Shown: one piece after another, positions 57,444 to 64,000 of the stretch
Layout of the letters: every line of letters starts with the position of its first letter
How positions within the stretch are numbered: the first letter of the stretch is position 1
DNA from: Dehalococcoidia bacterium
GTDB lineage: Bacteria; Chloroflexota; Dehalococcoidia; UBA2979
Direction: 5' to 3'
DNA: 64,000 nucleotides
NCBI GenBank assembly: GCA_963667465.2
Contig: CAXXDN010000002.1
Coordinates: 1,760,001-1,824,000, forward strand
Program-made: the position numbers and the translations under genes
The notes under the pieces: generated by a model
What the model saw: the letters and a program-made list of their open reading frames with translations, nothing else
Databases searched by the model: none
What the model was told of the DNA's origin: nothing

Positions 57444-58715
57444 CTAGACCAGGTCTTCCGATTCCAGCATGTGGCCCATCTTCTCGCGCTTCGTCCGCAG
57501 GTACTCCGCGTTGTGCGCGTTCGGCTCGACCTCGATCGGCACGCGCTCGACGATCTCGAGGCCGAAGCCCTCGAGCCCGGAGCGCTTCGTCGGGTTGTTC
57601 GTCATCAGGCGCAGCTTGCGCACGCCGAGGTCGACGAGTATCTGCATACCGATGCCGTACTCGCGACTGTCGGCAGGGAGGCCAAGCGCCTCGTTCGCCT
57701 CGACGGTATCGAGGCCACTGTCCTGCAGGCGGTAGGCGCGGATCTTGTTGTGCAGGCCGATCCCGCGGCCCTCCTGGTCCATGTAGACGATCACGCCCCG
57801 GCCTTCGCTGGCGACGCGCCGGATCGCTTCCTCGAGTTGCTCGCCGCAGTCGCAGCGCAGCGAGCCGAAGACGTCGCCGGTGACGCACTGGTCATGCACG
57901 CGCGCGAGGATGGGGTCCTCGGTGTCCACGTTGCCGATCACAAAGGCCTGGTGCTCCTTCGCGTCGATCAGTGTGCGGTAGGTGACGGCGCGGAACTCGC
58001 CGTAGGCCGTCGGCAACGCCGCCTCGGCGACACGCTCGATCAGCGAGTCCATCCGCAGGCGGTAGGCGATCAGGTCGTTGACGGTGACGATGCTCATGTC
58101 GTGCTCGCGCCCGAACTCGATCAGATCAGGCATGCGCGCCATCGTGCCGTCCTCGCGCATGATTTCGCAGATCACGGCGGCCGGGTAGCGGCCCGCGAGC
58201 TTCGCGAGGTCGACCGAGGCCTCGGTCTGTCCGGCGCGCACCAGCACGCCGCCGTCACGCGCGCGCAGCGGGAACATGTGGCCCGGCTGCGTCAGATCCT
58301 CCGGGCCCGACTCGGGGTTCACGAGCACCTCGACCGTGCGAGCGCGGTCACCGGCGGAGATGCCCGTCGTGACACCCTCGGCTGCCTCGACACTGACGGT
58401 GAAGGCCGTGCTCAGCGGGGCGGTGTTGCGCGAGGTCATCAGCGGCAGGCCGAGCTTGTCGAGGCGCGCGCCGGTCATCGCGACGCAGATCAGGCCGCGC
58501 GCATGCACGGCCATGAAGTTGATCAGGTCGGGCGTGACTACGTCCGCGGGGAAGCAGACGTCGCCCTCGTTCTCGCGCCCCTCGTCGTCGACGATGATGA
58601 GCGGCTTGCCCTGGCGGAACTCCTCGATCGCGGCGCCGACCTCGATCACGAGACTCGAATCGATGGTGCTGGCGCGCGAGGACCCGCCCTCGTGGTTCGC
58701 CGGTTGCTCTGACAT
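57444..58715 (-). CDS. ribBA: Bifunctional DHBP synthase / GTP cyclohydrolase II
   Basis: DDEGRENEGD, CVTGDVFGSLRCDCG, QEGRGIGL, MTNNP. Confidence 0.97.
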   Translation of the reverse strand: MSEQPANHEGGSSRASTIDSSLVIEVGAAIEEFRQGKPLIIVDDEGRENEGDVCFPADVVTPDLINFMAVHARGLICVAMTGARLDKLGLPLMTSRNTAPLSTAFTVSVEAAEGVTTGISAGDRARTVEVLVNPESGPEDLTQPGHMFPLRARDGGVLVRAGQTEASVDLAKLAGRYPAAVICEIMREDGTMARMPDLIEFGREHDMSIVTVNDLIAYRLRMDSLIERVAEAALPTAYGEFRAVTYRTLIDAKEHQAFVIGNVDTEDPILARVHDQCVTGDVFGSLRCDCGEQLEEAIRRVASEGRGVIVYMDQEGRGIGLHNKIRAYRLQDSGLDTVEANEALGLPADSREYGIGMQILVDLGVRKLRLMTNNPTKRSGLEGFGLEIVERVPIEVEPNAHNAEYLRTKREKMGHMLESEDLV

Positions 58716-58754
58716 CGGCCGCCGCCTTTGCCTGCTCCGCCCGGATCAAATCCC

Positions 58755-59336
58755 TTACGAGCGCGCCTCCAGCAGTTGCTCGACATACCGGGCCAGCAGA
58801 TCAGTCTCCAGATTGATGCTATCACCGGGCTGGCGGCTCGTCAGGTTCGTGTGCTCCTGCGTGTACTGCACCAGCGAGACGGAAAACGACTCCTCGTCGC
58901 GCGCCATCACGGTGAGCGAGGCGCCGTCGAGACAGACCGGGCCCTTCATCAGGATGTACGGCAGGTACTCCGCGGGCGGCCGGTAGCGGGCGATGATCGC
59001 CTCGCCCTCGGGCGTCAGGCTGTCCAGTGTGCAGGTCGTCTCCACCACGCCGCGCACGATGTGCCCGGAGAGCCGGTCCACCGGCCGCACCGAGCGCTCG
59101 AGGTTCACCCGCGCCCCGGGCGCGGCCTCGCCGAGATTGGAGCGCCGGAAGGTCTCCGGCATCACGTCGAAGCTGAGCGAGTCGTCGCCGATCGTGCGCA
59201 CGGTCAGGTCCACGCCGTTGACGGCGATCGAGTCGCCGAGCGCGACGTCTTCGAGAATCGTGCGGCAGGCGATGACCAGCGCGCCGCCCTCGCGCGCGCG
59301 GACCGCCCCGACTTCCTCGATGATTCCGGTGAACAT
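58755..59336 (-). CDS. ribE: Riboflavin synthase
   Basis: MFTGIIEE, GDSIAVNG, VNLER, INLETD. Confidence 0.96.
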   Translation of the reverse strand: MFTGIIEEVGAVRAREGGALVIACRTILEDVALGDSIAVNGVDLTVRTIGDDSLSFDVMPETFRRSNLGEAAPGARVNLERSVRPVDRLSGHIVRGVVETTCTLDSLTPEGEAIIARYRPPAEYLPYILMKGPVCLDGASLTVMARDEESFSVSLVQYTQEHTNLTSRQPGDSINLETDLLARYVEQLLEARS

Positions 59337-59368
59337 CGCTCGACCTCGTTCCCGCCGGGGAAAGCGTA

Positions 59369-60475
59369 CTACCCGTCGGGCCAAGCGGGCAGGCCGCTGA
59401 TCAGCGTGTCCTCGCCCAGCCGCCTGACGGTGACCTCGCGCAGCCGCGGGGCCTGCGCCATGCGTTCGACGCCGCGCCCGGCGACGGCGGCGGGCGCGGC
59501 GTCGGCGCCGATCACGAGGGGCGCGATCACCGCCTGCACGCGATCGACGAGGCGTGCGTCGAAGAGCGAGCCGAGCAGGACGCCGCCGCCCTCGAACAGC
59601 ACCGTGAGCGCGCCGCGATCGCCGAGCGCCCCGACCAGCGCGTCGAGGTCGACGTGGCCACCGGTTTCAGTCAGCACCAGCACCTCCGCGCCGCAGGCGG
59701 TCATGCGCTCGCGCCAGTCCTCGGGCGAGGCAGCGGTTGTCGCGATCAGCGTCGGCGATTCGCCGGCGAGCACGCGCGCCGCCGCAGGCGTGCGTCCGCG
59801 CGAGTCCGCGACGACGCGCAGCGGCTGGTGCGCGCCCTGAGTGCTGCCTCCCGGGCGCGCGGTCAGCTCCGGATCGTCGGCGACGACGGTCCCGGAGCCG
59901 ACCACGATCGCGTCGAGGCCCTGGCGCTGCTCGTGCGCCCATTCGCGCGTCTGCGGACCGGAGACCCAGCGCGAGTCTCCCGAGGAGGCGGCGATGCGTC
60001 CGTCGAGGGAGGCCGCGTACTTGACGATCACGAAGGGCCGGCCCGTGCGCCGCTGGTGCAGGTAACCCTCCAGTTGTGCCCTCACCTCCGTCGCGCCGTC
60101 GCCGTCCTCGACTGCGATGCCGGCGGCCTCGAGGGCGCGCCGGCCCGCTCCGCTCACCTTCGGATCCGGGTCGCCGACGGCGTAACGGACGGCTGCGACG
60201 CCGGCCTCGATCAGCGCCAATGTGCAGGGCGGCGTGCGGCCGCTGTGCGCGCAGGGCTCAAGGGTGACGAAGACCGTGGCTCCGCGCGCCCGATCGCCGG
60301 CCTCGCGCAACGCGCCGACCTCCGCGTGGTCGCCGCCCGGCGGCTGCGTGCGGCCCGCGCCGACGACCTCGCCATCGCGCACGACGACGGCGCCAACGGC
60401 TGGATTGGGCGAACTCCAGCCGAGGGCGCGGCGACCCTCATCGAGGGCCTGTTGCATGTGTTCTGAGATCGCCAC
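59369..60475 (-). CDS. ribD: Riboflavin biosynthesis deaminase/reductase
   Basis: SPNPAVG, HAE, TLEPCAH..RTPPC, ASLDG, EGGG. Confidence 0.96.
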   Translation of the reverse strand: MAISEHMQQALDEGRRALGWSSPNPAVGAVVVRDGEVVGAGRTQPPGGDHAEVGALREAGDRARGATVFVTLEPCAHSGRTPPCTLALIEAGVAAVRYAVGDPDPKVSGAGRRALEAAGIAVEDGDGATEVRAQLEGYLHQRRTGRPFVIVKYAASLDGRIAASSGDSRWVSGPQTREWAHEQRQGLDAIVVGSGTVVADDPELTARPGGSTQGAHQPLRVVADSRGRTPAAARVLAGESPTLIATTAASPEDWRERMTACGAEVLVLTETGGHVDLDALVGALGDRGALTVLFEGGGVLLGSLFDARLVDRVQAVIAPLVIGADAAPAAVAGRGVERMAQAPRLREVTVRRLGEDTLISGLPAWPDG

Positions 60476-60566
60476 CGCGGCGCCTCGCCTCCCGCGTTCG
60501 AGCACTTGGGCGGCGATGGTACCGCGCCCGCGCGGCCGGAGCCGCACGGGCCGATCGGCTAGTCGA

Positions 60567-61373
60567 TTAGTCGATCCCGAAGACGATGTAGACGTTGACC
60601 GAGACCTGGCTCTCACCGGGAGAGACCGGCGAGGAGGAGGGCGAGGAGGAGTCGAAGGCAAACGCCGCCTCGGCATCCGCGAATCCGCGCGTCGCGAATC
60701 CGCCGGACGACTCGGAGATGGCACGCGCCTTGCCCAGCGTGACGCCCGCGAGGTCCGCGAGTTGCTGCGCACGCGCGCGTGCGTCCTCGACGGCAAGCTT
60801 GCGCGCCTCGTCGGTGTACTGCTCCGGCTCGTCGACGCGGAAGGAGATGCCGCCGACGCGGATTGCGTCGCCGCCCGCGGTCAGAGCGTCGTCGAGGACC
60901 TCCGAGATCCGGTCGATGTCGCGGACCTTGACCGCGACCCAGTTGTTCACCGTGTAGCCGATGATCTCTGGCGGGCCCTCTTCCCTGGCGTAGTCGTACT
61001 GCGGGTAGATGTTGAAGGAGCGGGTCGAGATGTCACGCTCCTCCACGCCACTGGCGAGCACGGAGTCGCGGACCTGCTGCATCGCCTCGGCCGCGCCGCT
61101 GCGAGCGAGCGCCACAGTCTCCCCGGTCACCTCGACGCCGATGTCGAACACGCCGATGTCAGGCGTCACGGTGACGCTGCCCGTCCCGTTGACGGAGATG
61201 CCGCCGTCCACTTCGGACGCCACCTGATCGAGGACTGCCTCGATAGCCGCGACCGTGACGCCGCTGTCCTCGGGCGGAGGCGCGGGCTCGACGGTGACGT
61301 CGTAGCAGGCGGCAGCTGCCAGGGTCAGCAGGGCAAGGGCCGCGAGGCCCACGATCGTGATCGCTCGTCTCAT
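60567..61373 (-). CDS. SIMPL (DUF541) domain lipoprotein
   Basis: Lipobox AAAC, ISVNGTGSVTVTPD, AVEDARARAQQLA. Confidence 0.9.
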   Translation of the reverse strand: MRRAITIVGLAALALLTLAAAACYDVTVEPAPPPEDSGVTVAAIEAVLDQVASEVDGGISVNGTGSVTVTPDIGVFDIGVEVTGETVALARSGAAEAMQQVRDSVLASGVEERDISTRSFNIYPQYDYAREEGPPEIIGYTVNNWVAVKVRDIDRISEVLDDALTAGGDAIRVGGISFRVDEPEQYTDEARKLAVEDARARAQQLADLAGVTLGKARAISESSGGFATRGFADAEAAFAFDSSSPSSSPVSPGESQVSVNVYIVFGID

Positions 61374-61449
61374 GTCCGCTCCTCCTCGCTCAGACCTTCA
61401 TTGGGTGCACATCCAGTTAAACGCCGGTGCGCGGCGCACGGTTCCATCG

Positions 61450-62541
61450 TCACACCGCGCCACCCCGGCGTCTCCACAGGCCCAGCAGCAGCGTGAGACC
61501 GACGAGGGCGAGCGCGGCCACCAGCAGACCCTGTTCGGCTCTCCGCAGCGCTCGCGCGGCGTCGTCACCATCCCCGGCCTCGACCTGTACGGACTCGTCG
61601 GGGATCGCTGGCGTCACGGTGGCCGTGGCGGCGGGGACCGCCTCCGCTGCCGCGGCAGGAGTCGCCGCCTCGGAGGCGGCGCCGGCTTCGCCGGAGCCGT
61701 CCGCCGACTCGTCCGCAGCGGGAGTGGCAGCGGGAGTGGCAGCAGGCGCTTCTTCGGCGCTCGCCTCGGGCGCCCCGGCGGCGGCCTCCGGCAGCTCCTC
61801 GGCTGCGGGGGCGGCGGCGGCTTCATCCGGCTCGGCGCTGCGCGCAGCAACGCGGGATTCCCTTGTCACCGTCGGCAAGGCCGGCGCTGCGAGCGCGCTC
61901 GCAGCTGCGGTCGCCTCGGCAGTGGCCGCGGCGACCGCCGCGACGGTGGGCTGAGGCGTGGGGGCCGCTGCGACGGTGTCCGCCGCAGCCGGCGGCTGCG
62001 CGGTCGGGGCAGTCGAGGCGGCCTGCGTCGCCACAGATGTCGCCGTGGCGGCGGTCGCCGCCTGGCGGACCGCAGCCGGCGCGGCCTGTGGCGCGGCGCT
62101 TGCCTGCTCGCTCTCGCCGCTCCCGAAGCCAGGGCGAACCCCCCAGCCCTCGACGCCCTCGCCGCCGAGGCCCGCGATGTCGCCTGTGAGGACGATCGCG
62201 AAGGCCACGGCGGCCGCCACGGCGCCCATGCGGAACACCAGCTCCAGCCTGCCCGGCGTGCGGCGCGCGGCGGTGGGCGGCGCTTCCAGCGTGAAGGGGC
62301 GCGGCGCGCGCACCTCGCCCAGCGAGCCGAGCGCGTCGCGAACCGCCGCCAGCTCGTTGAGGCGGACCGCGAGCGTGGGATCGGCCTCGATGGCTTCATC
62401 CACGACGGCGGCCTCGTGCTCGTCGAGCTCGCCGTCGAGGTGGGCCGAAAGCTGTTCATCCCAGACCGCGGACACGTCGAGCGGCTCGGGGCATTCCTCG
62501 TCCCCGGCATCGCTACGGCGTCGCCAGCCCCAGAGGCGCAT
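61450..62541 (-). CDS. Putative anti-sigma factor
   Basis: EQLSAHLDGEL...APRPFTL, TM helix, Ala/Pro/Glu-rich region, C-terminal TM; downstream of the ECF sigma. Confidence 0.8.
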   Translation of the reverse strand: MRLWGWRRRSDAGDEECPEPLDVSAVWDEQLSAHLDGELDEHEAAVVDEAIEADPTLAVRLNELAAVRDALGSLGEVRAPRPFTLEAPPTAARRTPGRLELVFRMGAVAAAVAFAIVLTGDIAGLGGEGVEGWGVRPGFGSGESEQASAAPQAAPAAVRQAATAATATSVATQAASTAPTAQPPAAADTVAAAPTPQPTVAAVAAATAEATAAASALAAPALPTVTRESRVAARSAEPDEAAAAPAAEELPEAAAGAPEASAEEAPAATPAATPAADESADGSGEAGAASEAATPAAAAEAVPAATATVTPAIPDESVQVEAGDGDDAARALRRAEQGLLVAALALVGLTLLLGLWRRRGGAV

Positions 62542-62554
62542 CAGTTCACCTCTC

Positions 62555-63151
62555 TCAGCTCTTCCGACGCTGCGCGAGCCCGGGAAGTTCCCCGGACTCG
62601 ATCAGCAACTGGCGCAAACGCGCCCGCGCGCGGCTCAGCCGCGACTTCACGGTGCCGAGCGGCGCGTCCACGGCATCGGCGATCTCCTCGTAGGACATGC
62701 CATGCACGTCCGAGAGCAGCACCACCATCCGCCACTCCTCGGGCAGCTCGGCGATCGCGCGCTCCAGCACCCCTCGCAGCTCCGTCTGCTCCGCCCGCTC
62801 CTGCGGTCCCAGGCCCGGCTCGACCGGATCGATCGAGGCCATGTCGGCGTCGTCCCACGTCTCGTCGAGCGAGCGCTGCGGGCGGCGCTTGCGCCGTCGC
62901 AGTTCGTCGCGCGCCGCGTTGGCGACGATACGGAGCAGCCACGAGCGGAAGCGCTCGCCCCGGAAGGTGTCGATGGCGCGCCAGGCGCGGAGGAACGCCT
63001 CCTGCGTCACGTCCTCGGCGGCCTCGCGCGTGCGCAGAAAGCGGAGGGCGAGCGAGTAGGCGGCGTTCTGGTGGCGGATCACGAGCGTGTTGTACGCCGC
63101 GATTTCGCCACGCTGCGCCCGCCGGACGAGGTCCGGAACGTCGTCGCCCAC
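62555..63151 (-). CDS. ECF sigma factor (start uncertain)
   Basis: AEDVTQEAFLRAW, FRSWLLRI, SYEEIA...GTVKSRLSRAR. Confidence 0.93.
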   Translation of the reverse strand: MGDDVPDLVRRAQRGEIAAYNTLVIRHQNAAYSLALRFLRTREAAEDVTQEAFLRAWRAIDTFRGERFRSWLLRIVANAARDELRRRKRRPQRSLDETWDDADMASIDPVEPGLGPQERAEQTELRGVLERAIAELPEEWRMVVLLSDVHGMSYEEIADAVDAPLGTVKSRLSRARARLRQLLIESGELPGLAQRRKS

Positions 63152-63275
63152 GTGGTGTCGTTGCGCCGCCAAGGGTCGGTTCGTGTTCGCTCCATCCCGC
63201 CTCGGCGAGCCTAGCACGCGTCCGCCCTCATGGCCCCGCGCACCGCGCAGCGGCGATCCGTGTGAAGATCGGCGC

Positions 63276-64000
63276 ATGACGCTTGCCGGAGGCCGCGAGT
63301 TGCTGGCCGATGCGGAACGGGGCGGCTACGCCGTGCCCGGCTTCAACGTCTCCAACCTCGAACTCGCGCTCGGCGTGCTCGACGCCGCCGAGGCGCGCCG
63401 CTCGCCGGTGCTGCTGCAGTTCAACCCCGGCAACCTCGAGCACTTCGGAGGCGTCGCCGTCGCCGCCGCGACCGCGCGCACGCTTGCCGATCGGACGCGC
63501 GTGCCCGTAGCCGTGCATCTCGACCACGGCCACGATCTCGAACTGGTGCGCGAGGCCGCGCGCGCCGGCTTCAGCTCGCTCATGTACGACGGCTCAATCA
63601 AGCCGCTGGACCTCAACATCCGCGAGACGCGCGAAGCCGCCGTGGTCGCGCTCGAGCACGGCGTCGCCCTCGAGGCCGAACTCGGCCACGTCGGCGGGCG
63701 CGAGCCGGGCGTCGTCACCTCGGAGTCCGTGCTCACGGACCCCACGGCGGCGCGCCGCTTCGTCGAGGAGACGCAGGTCGACGCGCTCGCCGTCTCGGTC
63801 GGCACGGCGCACGGGCTGGCCGGCGCCGTCGACCTGGCGCTGCTGCGCGAGCTGCGGGCGGCGGTGCGCGGGCTGCCGCTGGTGCTGCACGGCGGCTCCG
63901 GCGTGCCGCCCCGACAGCTGCGCGACTGCGTGCGCGCGGGCATCCGCAAGCTCAACGTCAGCACGGAGATCCACGCCGCCTTCGCACGCGCCATCGCCGC
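63276..64000 (+). CDS. Class II fructose/tagatose-bisphosphate aldolase, 3'-partial
   Basis: Manual translation: GYAVPGFN, VHLDHG, SLMYDGS, EAELGHVGG, SVGTAHG, LVLHGGSG. Confidence 0.93.
   Translation, partial: MTLAGGRELLADAERGGYAVPGFNVSNLELALGVLDAAEARRSPVLLQFNPGNLEHFGGVAVAAATARTLADRTRVPVAVHLDHGHDLELVREAARAGFSSLMYDGSIKPLDLNIRETREAAVVALEHGVALEAELGHVGGREPGVVTSESVLTDPTAARRFVEETQVDALAVSVGTAHGLAGAVDLALLRELRAAVRGLPLVLHGGSGVPPRQLRDCVRAGIRKLNVSTEIHAAFARAIA

Noticed and set aside
60476-60566. FMN riboswitch upstream of the rib operon
   Set aside because: The intergenic gap is about 90 bp and lacks the conserved RFN motifs.
61450-62541. Zinc-binding (ZAS, HxxxCxxC) anti-sigma call
   Set aside because: The His/Cys ligands are absent at the expected position; kept as a generic anti-sigma factor.
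1-64000. tRNA, tmRNA or rRNA genes
   Set aside because: No cloverleaf or rRNA signatures recognised.

Overview
High-GC bacterial DNA, most likely Chloroflexota (Dehalococcoidia-like). This is inferred from the dnaN C-terminus VMPMFVQW and the type of surface proteins. The left ~40 kb (<1..~40020) is an integrative conjugative element (ICE) whose right end abuts and overlaps the 3' end of dnaN; its left end lies outside the window. The ICE has five parts. (1) A minus-strand DNA-processing operon: primase, Rad52/22-like annealase, SSB, RadC, frameshifted DUF6094 methyltransferase, SF2 helicase, with recurring intergenic hairpins. (2) A plus-strand conjugation operon: TrbL/VirB6, two pilins, PrgI fusion, VirB4, coupling protein, Replic_Relax relaxase. 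(3) Surface-protein cargo bracketed by two ImmA/IrrE paralogs that both lack the catalytic Glu. (4) A Cre-like tyrosine recombinase flanked by a perfect 17-bp inverted repeat, a candidate self-inverting switch, next to four XRE genes. (5) A CHAT protease and a large serine recombinase. A shared 26-bp palindromic motif precedes both the conjugation and recombinase operons. The right ~24 kb is core chromosome: dnaN, a vWA lipoprotein, tetrapyrrole genes, dinB, a REP-like region, riboflavin genes, SIMPL, an ECF sigma/anti-sigma pair and a partial class II aldolase. The tetrapyrrole operon holds a tandem duplication with two DUF4268 alleles that share an N-terminus and differ in the C-terminus. 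Family calls come from motif recognition by eye; no searches were run.
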